NCBI GenBank assembly: GCA_030065015.1
Contig: JASJDU010000020.1
Location: 1,978-65,977, forward strand
From: Candidatus Caenarcanales bacterium
GTDB lineage: Bacteria; Cyanobacteriota; Vampirovibrionia; Caenarcaniphilales; Caenarcanaceae
Direction: 5' to 3'
Length of the DNA: 64,000 nt
A program made the translations under genes and the position numbers. Shown piece after piece: positions 1-9,748 of the stretch. A model generated the notes under the pieces. The model searched no databases and had not been told where the DNA came from. It was given only the letters and a program-made list of their open reading frames with translations. Within the stretch, counting starts at the first letter, position 1; every line of letters begins with the position of its first letter.

Positions 1-414
1 ATTATTGGGATCCAAACCTTTTATCTCAAGTAGTTTATCCAAGTTTTGTGCGGCTATTTTATTCCTTTCCATAAAAAAGACCGCTCTTCGCATTAGAGTA
101 ATTGCCCGGTCGTAGTTTTTCCGCTCGGCCATTTGCTTACCATAATTGTTATAAGAAGTGCTTAGGCTTTCTGCAAAACGGTTGGTATCTTCAGGATTTA
201 ACTTCCAAGCTTCATAGAATGCTTCAACTGCCGCTTGAAAATCCCCCTGATTGGCCAACTCCACTCCCCTGTTTGCCCAGCTCTTTGCAACCGGAGATGG
301 AGAGTATTTATTCTGAATCATCGAGGGACTTTGCCCCTGAGAGGTAACTGCCTGAGGAAAGGTCAAAACTGCTAATCCCAAACAGCACAAAGCAAATTTG
401 TTACATCTAATCAT
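1..414 (-). CDS. Secreted TPR-like protein, N-terminal part; the ORF runs off the left window edge (partial)
   Basis: My translation of the minus strand gives an ATG at 412-414 and an open frame down to position 1 (138 codons, no stop). It reads MIRCNKFALCCLGLAVLTFPQAVTSQ (signal-peptide-like) then TPR-like helices (GDFQAAVEAFYEAWKLNPED). The ORF track omits it because no stop falls inside the window. Confidence 0.5.
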   Translation of the reverse strand, partial: MIRCNKFALCCLGLAVLTFPQAVTSQGQSPSMIQNKYSPSPVAKSWANRGVELANQGDFQAAVEAFYEAWKLNPEDTNRFAESLSTSYNNYGKQMAERKNYDRAITLMRRAVFFMERNKIAAQNLDKLLEIKGLDPNN

Positions 415-540
415 TTATCAAGATGGCTGAAAGTTACTAAATATTAAAAAGATAACACTTATGAACCAAATAGCTAAATCATCCAACTATCTACCTTAAC
501 CCCCAAAGCAAAAACTCGGTCAAATAAATACAACTAGCGG

Positions 541-680
541 AATACGCCGTTAAGAATCCTGGTTCTGGAAGGCGTATGTTTCCGGAGCCAACAAAATTCG
601 GGGTTCGGGCTGCGGCAGCCCGGGAGCGGGATCGTTAAGGGCCGGCGGCAGGCCCTTAACACCAATCAACTAAAACTATT
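541..680. other. GC-rich intergenic island with several stable hairpins; a terminator or structured RNA element lying between two minus-strand genes
   Basis: Read directly from the sequence. There is a perfect 10-bp stem gttaagggcc/ggcccttaac with a 7-nt loop at about 634-660. A second stem cgggctg/cagcccg with a 3-nt loop lies at about 607-623. A third is CUGGAA/UUCCGG with a 10-nt loop at about 563-584, and a fourth is atacgcc/ggcgtat. On the minus strand the hairpins are followed by AATTTTGTT. The local GC content contrasts sharply with the AT-rich surroundings. Confidence 0.4.
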
Positions 681-717
681 ACAAACCAGCTAAAAAATCC
701 AAAGACTCACCAAAGAC

Positions 718-2148
718 TCATTTCAATTTACTTTTCAATATAAACATCGATGTTGAACTGAGAATAGAAGGTTTTTCTCCAACACATAAGTCACAAATTC
801 CACATTGATTTTGTTCCTGCAGATTAGAAGTTAAAACCTGCTCTAAATTTTGCCATCTACAACCTTTAGTATTGGATATCCAATCGAGTGACTGCCTCGC
901 AAGTTTTTTAAAGTCAACTTGAAACCCATCTCGGTTGTACTTAACCTGCATAAAATTATTTTCTTCTGGAGAAGGATTAAAATCATCTTCACAAATAAGC
1001 AGATGAGACTCCTTATAAGAAGCAGTATATTTACCGGACGATTCATTATTATTCAAAGTTGATTTCAATACATGAATATCCTTATAAAATTCAGTCAAAC
1101 TGGCTGGAACTGAATAATGAATCAGCCTATAAATATCAGGTCTCGCAATACCTTCCATTAAAGAGCTAGAGGCTATAAAAATAGGACACGGATCATTTAA
1201 GAAATAATCCAAAGCTTCCGCTCTTTGTTCCATTGGCAGTGCCTTGTGCAAGGCTCTAATTGTAGTATCCGGCAACTTATCTCTCAAAAAGTTTATTAAT
1301 TCACTCAGATCTTCATTTTGAGGCACATATACTAAGGTTGGTTTTTTGTCCTTTAAGAGCTGAGCTAAATGCTTCCTTTTATCCAATCGAGAAAAGCAAT
1401 ACTTTGTCTTTAAACTAACACCTTTTAAGCGAAAACTCTCTTGAATTACAGCAGTATTTGGGAAGAAACGCATAAAATGCTGCACTGTTTCTTTTGAACA
1501 ATTGCAGGATAATCCCAAAATTGGTTTCTTAAGTTTTTTAACTAAAGTTATTGCTTCCTGGTATTTTTCTTTAAATATGGCATTGGTCCTCGAAAACAAT
1601 TCAAATTCGCAAAGAACAACTCTGTCTAGTCTTTCTAAGACTTTTTTAGAATTCTTGAGCACCTGCTTGCCCAGATCTGTTTCCTCCATCTTTTTATAGT
1701 GTTGAATGGCAGAGGAGTTCAATCCAGAAGAAAACCAATATAAAAAGCTTTCTGGTGTTACAAACAAAAGTCTATATTCACCTTTCGCTATTTCTTCCAA
1801 CAAATGCCTGGCTTGATTTGGGAATAAATCGCTGGTTAAGCAAGCGATTTTCTTGAACTCCCTAGAATCCTTATGAGAATTAGCCTCCCTCTGAACAGAA
1901 GATACCGAGGGCAAAATCACAACTGTTAAATCAGTTTCTTCATTTTCGAAAGCAGCTTGCTTATAATACTCAGCATGATTCGCAAAAAGACTAATAATAA
2001 TTGAATCTACATTATTTTTTATTTGATTGAACACCCTGTCGTTCGTTTGAGAAGGAACAACCTTAGAAAAACTTAATTTTCTTTTGTTTTGAGCTTTATC
2101 GCTTTGATCTTCAGAAGACAATTCTTTATCGGTTATAGGCAATTGCAA
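718..2148 (-). CDS. RecQ-family helicase homolog with degenerate catalytic motifs; predicted to be ATPase-dead
   Basis: It is collinear with E. coli RecQ from recall. The motif Ia region LTVVILPSVSSV matches LTVVVSPLISLM, GEYRLLFVTPE matches GQIRLLYIAPE, and the helicase-C region matches. The Zn-binding cysteines are retained (CRWQ...CGICDLC). The Walker A GGGKS has become ANHAE, DEAH has become CEFE, and the motif VI RAGR is absent. The frame is one uninterrupted ORF. Confidence 0.6.
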   Translation of the reverse strand: MQLPITDKELSSEDQSDKAQNKRKLSFSKVVPSQTNDRVFNQIKNNVDSIIISLFANHAEYYKQAAFENEETDLTVVILPSVSSVQREANSHKDSREFKKIACLTSDLFPNQARHLLEEIAKGEYRLLFVTPESFLYWFSSGLNSSAIQHYKKMEETDLGKQVLKNSKKVLERLDRVVLCEFELFSRTNAIFKEKYQEAITLVKKLKKPILGLSCNCSKETVQHFMRFFPNTAVIQESFRLKGVSLKTKYCFSRLDKRKHLAQLLKDKKPTLVYVPQNEDLSELINFLRDKLPDTTIRALHKALPMEQRAEALDYFLNDPCPIFIASSSLMEGIARPDIYRLIHYSVPASLTEFYKDIHVLKSTLNNNESSGKYTASYKESHLLICEDDFNPSPEENNFMQVKYNRDGFQVDFKKLARQSLDWISNTKGCRWQNLEQVLTSNLQEQNQCGICDLCVGEKPSILSSTSMFILKSKLK

Positions 2149-2227
2149 TAAAAGATGTTAAACTGGTATTAATCAAATAATAAGATTCATATAATATCAA
2201 TTTTTTAATTTTTTTCCTTTATATTTA

Positions 2228-3475
2228 ATGATACGCAGCATATACAACTCTTCCCAAAGTGTATATTCTTTGCCGAATACTCCTAACAGGTTGCGCGGCA
2301 AACAACCCACACGTATGTGTTCTGCTCAAGGTTCAAGACAAACACAAAGGCTTTATTCCGCCCCAACTGTTAATCAACCAGTAAACAATCAACAGGCTAG
2401 TCTTCCTCCTGGATATTATCCAAATTTGGGAATAGTGCCCCCTGGCTCTCAAGTTCCAACCCAACAACCAGATTCTGGTGACGAAGAGGAGAAAGTAGCT
2501 CCTTGGATTGATGCTTTAATTCCACCTAAGAGTGAAGTGAAAAAATATGAGAAAGTAATAGCTGGAATGAATAATTTACCTGATGACAATCCTTATGACA
2601 ATATAGCTGAACCCTGCATCTCAAACCAAGCATACGAAGTGAAACCAAATGCAGAAATGAAAGAAGTGATATCCGACGTGGATAAAGACATTCGTGAAAG
2701 TCAATCTAACGGAGAACAGATTCTCACTGCTTATGATCCAGCAACACACGCTTATATTGAAGTTGTTAACAGAACTGGTACCCGCTTGAACATAAGAGAA
2801 GTGAAGAAATTGATTGTAATGAAAAGACACGGTGATAACGATTGGATCAACGCATATGTTGATGGTGTTCAATTCCACGAATTACTTCATGAATATGTAC
2901 TTTCTCAAATACCGGATGTGCAAATTGATAAATTCGATCAAGGAGTCAGATTCGTTATGGAGGGAGATGTAAATGATCCCGAAAATCTCAATTTCGAAGT
3001 AACTACCTTCGGACAAACTGTTTTTTATGCCGATGAGATATTTAACAAAACGGACAAGAATGAAGAAAAAGTCGCAACCCTGCAACAACAATATAACCAA
3101 GCACAAGCTCAAGGGTTTAGAAGTTGGACAGAGAATACATTCACTGAATTAATAAACAACCTAAAACAAATGCTCGGAGAGCTTCAATACTTAGCTAAAG
3201 AGGCTACTTTACTGGGACAAGCAGCAGTTGCACCATTAGCACTTCACAATACAATATACAATGAGCATGAGGTACTCTCCGCTTCAGATAAAGAAAGGTA
3301 TGCAGAAGCATCTCAATTAAAAGATCGAATTAATAATTTAATTAGCCAAGTAACTAATTTCATTGGAGTTGTAACAAATACTTGGAACAATTTTGCTGGT
3401 AAAACATCACCGGTAGCAGAAAACAGAATTGTTCCGTTTGAGAGAACCCGTCAAGCCGTTACGTCTGGAAACTGA
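2228..3475 (+). CDS. Hypothetical protein with a Q/P/N-rich low-complexity N-terminus
   Basis: A long ORF of 415 aa, transcribed divergently from the RecQ-like gene. I recognise no domain. Confidence 0.45.
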   Translation: MIRSIYNSSQSVYSLPNTPNRLRGKQPTRMCSAQGSRQTQRLYSAPTVNQPVNNQQASLPPGYYPNLGIVPPGSQVPTQQPDSGDEEEKVAPWIDALIPPKSEVKKYEKVIAGMNNLPDDNPYDNIAEPCISNQAYEVKPNAEMKEVISDVDKDIRESQSNGEQILTAYDPATHAYIEVVNRTGTRLNIREVKKLIVMKRHGDNDWINAYVDGVQFHELLHEYVLSQIPDVQIDKFDQGVRFVMEGDVNDPENLNFEVTTFGQTVFYADEIFNKTDKNEEKVATLQQQYNQAQAQGFRSWTENTFTELINNLKQMLGELQYLAKEATLLGQAAVAPLALHNTIYNEHEVLSASDKERYAEASQLKDRINNLISQVTNFIGVVTNTWNNFAGKTSPVAENRIVPFERTRQAVTSGN

Positions 3476-4013
3476 AACCACCTTTATTCTTCTCTAGTGT
3501 TTTTATTGACTCTTCTACTAAAGTGAGCATTGCATTGATGGTTTTACTACTATTTTTTCTTCTTTCTCTTCTCTGTTTCTTTCTTTCGCTTTTTCTTCTC
3601 TTTTGCTCATCGGGATCAATATCTTCAAGAGAATCTTCTTCAAATTCCTCTGTAATAGCTTTGAGAATTTCTTTTTCTTCTTCCGCGGATATTGGGAACT
3701 TTTTAGATAAAAGTTCTTTCAAGCAAGAAAAAGCACAAAAGGCCAAAGCCTGCCTAGAATTTGGTGGAATTTTAAGCTGATTTAATACTTGTTGAATTTG
3801 TGGATCTTTGAAAGATTTTTCTAAAAGTTGACTTAGTTTTGAGACAACTTTATGAGGGGGTAATTTAAAAAGACCAGAGAGTTCTGATTCTTGAGATGAA
3901 GAAATTAAGTTTGTGCCCTCTTTGTTTCCAGCTTGCTTTTTCAACTCGGGCTTAGCTAAAGGATTAAATTTATCCGGAAAGAAATTTGGCCCACCAATTT
4001 TACTTGGATCCAT
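3459..4013 (-). CDS. Hypothetical highly charged K/E/R-rich protein
   Basis: An ORF of 184 aa. Its 3' end overlaps 2228..3475 convergently by 17 nt. The C-terminus has an RKKQRRERRK basic patch. Confidence 0.4.
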   Translation of the reverse strand: MDPSKIGGPNFFPDKFNPLAKPELKKQAGNKEGTNLISSSQESELSGLFKLPPHKVVSKLSQLLEKSFKDPQIQQVLNQLKIPPNSRQALAFCAFSCLKELLSKKFPISAEEEKEILKAITEEFEEDSLEDIDPDEQKRRKSERKKQRRERRKNSSKTINAMLTLVEESIKTLEKNKGGFSFQT

Positions 4014-4184
4014 AATGATTCAATTAAACCTAAAAGTTTTTGATATTCAACTGATTAGTTAAATAATTCTCTCAGATAGAGATACAGTTTTGTTGCAAAT
4101 ACATAATAACTAAGAGCTATCAAAAATGCCAAAAGCAAGACAATTGAAAGTCTTAATGAATATATTTTAATCTCTCAATTGAAA

Positions 4185-4946
4185 CTACTGATTTAAAGAG
4201 AAAAGTTTTTTTGTATTTTCAGTTGTTATTGAATCCACCTCTTTATCTTCAATACTATGAATTTCCGCCAGCATTGAATTAACCTCAGTTACAAAAACTG
4301 GTTCATTACGTTTACCTCTATGTTTTTGTGGGGCTAGAAATGGACAATCAGTCTCAATGAGAGTTCTACTTAATGGAATATTTCTTGCTTCTTCACGAAG
4401 TTTTTTTGAGTTCTTGAATGTTAAGCATCCAGAAAAAGATGTATAAAAACCTAGTTCCCAAAACTTAGCAGAATATTCAGCATCACCAGTATAACAATGC
4501 ATCACTCCACCGCCCGGATCCTCTTCTCTAAGTATTTTGAGAGTATCTTCAAATGCATCTCTGCAGTGAATTATTAAAGGAAGCTTGAGTTCTTTAGCTA
4601 ACTTACAATGCTTTCTAAAAACCGTTTCTTGCACATCCAAGGGGCAATCCTTATGGAAATAGTCTAATCCAGTTTCTCCAATCGCGATAATTTTATCTTT
4701 GTACTTTAAAATATCCGACTCACATTCGTCGCTCCAATGATGAGCATCACAAGGATGAACTCCAGCACTGAGGTGGACCATGGAATATTGTTCTTGCAAA
4801 TCGAACATTTTTTCAAGATCTTTAGTGTGAACACAAGAGTGAATGAAAGCTTCTACTTTATTGCTTAAAGCTCTCTCGATAACTTCACTACGATCATAGT
4901 CAAAAGACTCCCAAATTAAATGTGCGTGACTATCTATCATTTCCAC
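4185..4946 (-). CDS. tatD: TatD-family metal-dependent hydrolase/DNase
   Basis: It begins MEMIDSHAHL, and the HxH start with conserved His/Asp/Glu ladder is typical of TatD, at the usual length of 253 aa. Confidence 0.85.
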   Translation of the reverse strand: MEMIDSHAHLIWESFDYDRSEVIERALSNKVEAFIHSCVHTKDLEKMFDLQEQYSMVHLSAGVHPCDAHHWSDECESDILKYKDKIIAIGETGLDYFHKDCPLDVQETVFRKHCKLAKELKLPLIIHCRDAFEDTLKILREEDPGGGVMHCYTGDAEYSAKFWELGFYTSFSGCLTFKNSKKLREEARNIPLSRTLIETDCPFLAPQKHRGKRNEPVFVTEVNSMLAEIHSIEDKEVDSITTENTKKLFSLNQ

Positions 4947-5080
4947 ACTATAACAAAATAGAGTTTAATAATTAAAAATTAACGGGCTAAAGTTAATCAA
5001 CTAAAGAATTTTATGTCAATTCCACTTCGTTATAATTAATTGGATTTGACGTTTAAAGTAGAGTAAAAAAACCGAGGCTA

Positions 5081-6343
5081 ATGCTAGACCTAAAACTAAT
5101 TCGCAAAGATCCAAATTTTGTTAAGCAAGAACTTTCCAAGCGTTCAAAAGATTTAGCCTCTTCAATCGATCAAATTTTGACCATCGATGAAGCAAAAAGA
5201 GAAGTTCAGAAACAATCGGATGATCTTAAATCGCAAAGAAACTCATTAAGTAAATCGGTTAAATCCAAAGAAGCTGCAGAAAAAGTTAGAGAAGAAGTCC
5301 AATCAATCAACCAACAAATCACCTCTCTTGACAATGAATTGAAGGACTTAGACGAAAGATTAACTAATATTGCACTCTTAATACCCAATTTACCTCAAAA
5401 CGATGTTCCCTTAGGCCAAAATGAAAGCGAAAATTTAGAGATAAAACAATGGGGCAATCCAATCTTAATCGATAATCCTAAACCTCACTACGAAATTGCA
5501 GAAGAGCTCGGTATTTTAGACTTTGAAAACTCTTCGAAACTTGCCGGCTCGCGTTTTAGCACTTTCATCGGTAAAGGTGTAAAGCTACAGAGAGCTTTAA
5601 TTCAATTTATGCTTGATGAGGCTGCCAATAACGGTTATTTAGAGCTATCTCCACCTGCAGTTATTAACGGTGATAGTCTTCAAGGAACAGGACAAATACC
5701 TAAGTTCAGAGAGGATCTTTATCGAATAGAAGGATTAAATCAATATTTAATTCCAACTGCCGAAGTTCCTTTAACAGGATTTTATGCCGGAGATAAGCCC
5801 CTCCTAAACAACGAAATACCCAAGCGTCTTTGTGCTTACACTCCATGTTTCAGAAGCGAAGCTGGTGCTGCGGGCAAAGATACCAGAGGCTTAATTCGTC
5901 AGCACCAATTCGATAAAATTGAATTGGTTCACATATGCAAACCAGAAGACAGTGAAGAAGAGCACGAGAAACTGGTAAAACAGGCTGAAAGCATTTTAGA
6001 AAAGCTAGAATTACCCTATCGAAAAATGTTACTTTGTACTGGAGATATGGGCTTTTCCGCGGCAAAATGCTATGATTTGGAGGTTTGGTTTCCATCTCAA
6101 AATACTTACCGAGAAATAAGCAGTTGTTCGAATTGTTCTGATTTCCAAGCAAGAAGACTTAATCTCAAATTCAAGAGAGATTCTAAAGGAAAACCGGAAT
6201 TTCTGTACACTCTCAACGGTTCAGGACTAGCGGTTGGACGCACCTGGGCTGCCATTGTGGAAAATTATCAATTACAGAATAAAGGTTTTAGAATTCCCCA
6301 GGTACTTCAGAAATACCTAGGTGGATTAGAAGTTATCGATTAA
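5081..6343 (+). CDS. serS: Seryl-tRNA synthetase
   Basis: It has an N-terminal coiled-coil arm and a class II core, with TAEVPL, FRSEAG and GSGLAVGRT motifs. Length is 420 aa. Confidence 0.95.
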   Translation: MLDLKLIRKDPNFVKQELSKRSKDLASSIDQILTIDEAKREVQKQSDDLKSQRNSLSKSVKSKEAAEKVREEVQSINQQITSLDNELKDLDERLTNIALLIPNLPQNDVPLGQNESENLEIKQWGNPILIDNPKPHYEIAEELGILDFENSSKLAGSRFSTFIGKGVKLQRALIQFMLDEAANNGYLELSPPAVINGDSLQGTGQIPKFREDLYRIEGLNQYLIPTAEVPLTGFYAGDKPLLNNEIPKRLCAYTPCFRSEAGAAGKDTRGLIRQHQFDKIELVHICKPEDSEEEHEKLVKQAESILEKLELPYRKMLLCTGDMGFSAAKCYDLEVWFPSQNTYREISSCSNCSDFQARRLNLKFKRDSKGKPEFLYTLNGSGLAVGRTWAAIVENYQLQNKGFRIPQVLQKYLGGLEVID

Positions 6344-6364
6344 AGATTTTACTCATTGAAACCA

Positions 6365-7318
6365 CTAGCCAAATAATTCAGAAACCATTCTAAATGCATT
6401 TAGTCCCACCGGGGCTAAAAGTAATAAGACAATTGGCAGAACTATAAAGACAATCGTTTGAGTAGACATTTTGGTGGGGATTTGAGCAATTTCAGATTCA
6501 ATCATCTGCTTACGCCTTTCCCTAAAGAAATCCGACATTTTAAAGAGAGCTTCCGCAACACTACCACCAGTTTTTTCACTTTGGTTTATTAAAGAAGTAA
6601 AGTAACGTATGTTCTTCGATTCACTTCTGTCAACTAATCTTTTCCAAGATTCTTGTCTGTCCATTCCCAAGTTCACATCCGATTGCCAGGCCAAAAAATC
6701 TTCTTTCACAGGTTTAAGCAAGGGATCATCTTCTAAATCTACGAGAATGTAACCAGCCGCAATATCGAAGCTAACACCAGCAATACAACAATTTGCAAAA
6801 AGATCGATAATATCCGGCAATGTTTTATCAATTTTATAAGAACGATCTTTAATTTTCCTATTCATTTCAGTACTCGGAGCTAGATAGAAAAGAAGACCCA
6901 AGCACAATGCAACAGCGAGGCCAGCAAACAAATCAACCCCAGTAAAAACAATCAAAATTCCCAGCCCAACTCCGGTTACTGCACCAGCAATTTGTTGAAA
7001 AAACAACGCAATATGATCATGAGGACGCCTCATACCAGCTTTGTTGAGCATAGTAAGCTTCTCTTGACTCGGAACAGGTGCTAATTTCCCAATCATATTG
7101 ACCAAGTCTTTATTTAAAGTATCTAAAAAACTTTCTTGAGGCTCTCTAGATTCCAAAAGACCTTGATCTTCAAAATTTTCTTGAATTATTGCAATTCTTC
7201 TATTTAAAGTTTCAGAACTTGTAGCGTTAGTTTGCTTTTGTTTACTTTGTACCATCATAAAGATGATGACACCGCAAATAACCAAAAGAATAAAAAAGCC
7301 GATGATAATTAAATTCAT
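6365..7318 (-). CDS. tadC: Tad/Flp-pilus-type secretion inner-membrane protein (GspF/T2SSF-like), TadC position
   Basis: A polytopic membrane protein, third gene of the tadA-tadB-tadC order. Confidence 0.6.
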   Translation of the reverse strand: MNLIIIGFFILLVICGVIIFMMVQSKQKQTNATSSETLNRRIAIIQENFEDQGLLESREPQESFLDTLNKDLVNMIGKLAPVPSQEKLTMLNKAGMRRPHDHIALFFQQIAGAVTGVGLGILIVFTGVDLFAGLAVALCLGLLFYLAPSTEMNRKIKDRSYKIDKTLPDIIDLFANCCIAGVSFDIAAGYILVDLEDDPLLKPVKEDFLAWQSDVNLGMDRQESWKRLVDRSESKNIRYFTSLINQSEKTGGSVAEALFKMSDFFRERRKQMIESEIAQIPTKMSTQTIVFIVLPIVLLLLAPVGLNAFRMVSELFG

Positions 7319-7323
7319 AATGG

Positions 7324-8322
7324 TTAAGTATCAATTGACTTCACAGTTTTATACATCACATTAATTCCAATGCAATACCAAACAAAAGAAATGAAAGCAA
7401 TAAGCTTTCCTATCGGTATTCCACCAGGATCCCATGAGAAAAACTCAGAGTAAGCCTCCGGCCATGCAAATGCTAGTAAGGGTATTACAATCCAAGGAAA
7501 CGAGGCTAAGATACAAATACCCATTATGTTCTCGGAAATAGCTATATTAATTAGTCCTTGCAACCTAAACCTTTGAACAATTACACGAGATAAAGTAGAT
7601 AAAATGGGTGCAAGCGCTGAACCAGTTTGATTTGCAACTTTAATTGCAATTACAAATATGAGCAAATTCTTTGAGGGTATCCTTGTTTTAAAACGATCGA
7701 GAGCCGTATTCATATCCGTTCCGAGACCCAATTCAGTAGCTAAAATACCCATTTCTGTTGCAAGAGGAGGTTCGGAACCTTCAGCAATGAACTTAATGGA
7801 GCTCATAAAGGTACCACCCGCTTTCATACTGGCGGACATAACATCAAGCCCAACACCAAATTGTTCATCAAAAATAGTTACCCTTTTTCCAATATGCATA
7901 TTGAGTATAAAGTAGGCCAAAACCGGTACTAAAAAAACCACACATATTGAAAAGAATATTGCCCAAAGACCAAAAGTACTTTGCAACAGCCACATTGGCA
8001 AAAAGCCGGTTACTATTGTTATAAAAGCAACAATAAGCGACCATTCTAAAGCTTTAATTTTGTACCCGGCTTGAAGAATTTTGTCTCCAAGAAGTGGAAA
8101 TCTGTCGGTGAGTCGAGAATCAATATGTTCAATAACACTTTGTTGATACTCAGCGAACTCAGCACTTACTGCTTCATCCTCCATTCCTCTAGATTGTGCA
8201 GCAAAAGTTTGACGGATACGGTCTTCAGTATACTCTTTTTGAGTCAAGTCCATATAAAACTTGGCTGCAATACCGAGAATAATGGCGGAAAAAACAATTA
8301 TTATTATGGAAAGCAAATCCAT
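7324..8322 (-). CDS. tadB: Tad/Flp-pilus-type secretion inner-membrane protein (GspF/T2SSF-like), TadB position
   Basis: Membrane protein; the cytoplasmic segment FDEQFGVGLDVMSASMKAGG resembles a T2SSF domain. It sits 5 nt upstream of tadC. Confidence 0.6.
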   Translation of the reverse strand: MDLLSIIIIVFSAIILGIAAKFYMDLTQKEYTEDRIRQTFAAQSRGMEDEAVSAEFAEYQQSVIEHIDSRLTDRFPLLGDKILQAGYKIKALEWSLIVAFITIVTGFLPMWLLQSTFGLWAIFFSICVVFLVPVLAYFILNMHIGKRVTIFDEQFGVGLDVMSASMKAGGTFMSSIKFIAEGSEPPLATEMGILATELGLGTDMNTALDRFKTRIPSKNLLIFVIAIKVANQTGSALAPILSTLSRVIVQRFRLQGLINIAISENIMGICILASFPWIVIPLLAFAWPEAYSEFFSWDPGGIPIGKLIAFISFVWYCIGINVMYKTVKSIDT

Positions 8323-8338
8323 ATCTATTATTCCTATA

Positions 8339-9748
8339 TCAAATTAACCGACGAGGACCTTGGGCCTGTTGCTTGGCCGATTGACCTGAGACATCCGGAG
8401 CAAAAAGATCCATTGGAACATCTATTCCGTTTGCCCTTAAGTGTTTAACTGCATTTGGTAAAACCCCTGTTGGCATAAACTGACCGACAATTTTGCCATT
8501 TTGATCAACACCGGTTTGCTTAAAAACAAAGATATCCTGAGTTGTTATAGTTTCTCCTTCCATTCCAACAATTTCACTTATTTGCTTTATTCTCCTGCTT
8601 CCATCAGAGAATCTTGATTGCAAAGCAACAATGTTAATTGTTGAAGAGATCATCTCCCTTACAGTCTTTAAAGGAAGATCGATACCACTCATTAAAACAA
8701 GTGTTTCAAGTCGTTTTAAAGTATCTCGAGTTGTATTTGCATGCAATGTGGTCATAGATCCTTCGTGGCCAGTGTTCATAGCCTGCAACATATCTATTGC
8801 TTCTCCGGAACGACACTCACCTACTACTATTCGGTTGGGTCTCATACGTAATGAGTTTTTTACTAAATCTCTAGCGGTTACCAATCCTTGTCCTTCAGCA
8901 TTTGCAGGTCTAGTTTCAAGCCTAACAACATGATCAATATAGTGATGCAGTCGCAGCTCTGCAGAATCTTCGATTGTAATTATACGTTCTTCATTCGGAA
9001 TGAATGCCGATAACGCATTTAGAGTAGTTGTCTTACCGGATCCAGTTCCGCCGGCAACCAAAAGATTCAATTTACCTTTGACACACATTGATAGGAACTT
9101 AGCCATTTTGGGTGTCAAAGCTCCAAATTGCACCAAGTCATCCATCAGCAAGGCTTTTTTAGGAAACTTACGGATCGTCAGAATACATCCATCTAGAGCC
9201 AGAGGAGGAATAATAGCATTGACACGAGATCCATCAGGTAAACGGGCATCCACCATTGGGCTGGCATGATCCACTCTTCTGCCTATTCTCAAAGTAATTC
9301 TTTTAATTACGTGGAGTAGATGGGTTTCATCCTCAAAAATAATTTCTTTGAGTCTTATACACTTTCCATCTTTTTCTACATAAACGGTCTTAAAATTGTT
9401 GACCATAATTTCAGTAATTGTGTCATCTCTCAAAAGAGGTTCCAACGGACCGAAACCAAGAACTTCGTCAGTGAGCTCACTGATCATCATGGCTTTTTGT
9501 TCAGGGCTTAAAGGAATACCCTGTCTGGCAGCTAAAGCATTAACTATTTGTCCAATTTGCTGTTTAACTTCGTGCTGATTTACATCTCCTGCTAAATCTT
9601 CAGGAGCAATTTCATTGAGTAATTGACTATGTAATTCTTTACGAAGCTTGTAATAAGCAGGTGTTTTCAGATTTTGTTGTCCACCACCAATGATTTTACT
9701 CTGCTCTTTAATAGCCTTAATCCTATCCATTACATTAGGATCTGACAT
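8339..9748 (-). CDS. cpaF: CpaF/TadA-type secretion ATPase (VirB11/GspE superfamily)
   Basis: Walker A VAGGTGSGKTTTLNAL. Length 469 aa, with the typical CpaF architecture. Confidence 0.85.
   Translation of the reverse strand: MSDPNVMDRIKAIKEQSKIIGGGQQNLKTPAYYKLRKELHSQLLNEIAPEDLAGDVNQHEVKQQIGQIVNALAARQGIPLSPEQKAMMISELTDEVLGFGPLEPLLRDDTITEIMVNNFKTVYVEKDGKCIRLKEIIFEDETHLLHVIKRITLRIGRRVDHASPMVDARLPDGSRVNAIIPPLALDGCILTIRKFPKKALLMDDLVQFGALTPKMAKFLSMCVKGKLNLLVAGGTGSGKTTTLNALSAFIPNEERIITIEDSAELRLHHYIDHVVRLETRPANAEGQGLVTARDLVKNSLRMRPNRIVVGECRSGEAIDMLQAMNTGHEGSMTTLHANTTRDTLKRLETLVLMSGIDLPLKTVREMISSTINIVALQSRFSDGSRRIKQISEIVGMEGETITTQDIFVFKQTGVDQNGKIVGQFMPTGVLPNAVKHLRANGIDVPMDLFAPDVSGQSAKQQAQGPRRLI

Noticed and set aside
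102-347. 81-aa ORF on the plus strand
   Set aside because: It lies entirely antisense within the better-supported minus-strand TPR-like gene (1..414), which has a signal peptide and TPR helices. It is likely spurious.
541-680. Possible SRP (4.5S) RNA or RNase P RNA in the GC-rich island
   Set aside because: It has CCGGAA/UCCGGAG-like strings. The conserved SRP domain-IV motif (GGUCCGGAAGGAAGCAGC) and the RNase P conserved regions are not present as I recall them. I kept it only as an unclassified structured element.
843-3780. Nested short ORFs (843..1046, 1502..1699, 2621..2878, 2882..3112, 3523..3780)
   Set aside because: All are embedded in or antisense to longer ORFs with recognisable homology or a coherent frame. 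Their compositions (I/L/F-rich) are typical of AT-rich antisense artefacts.
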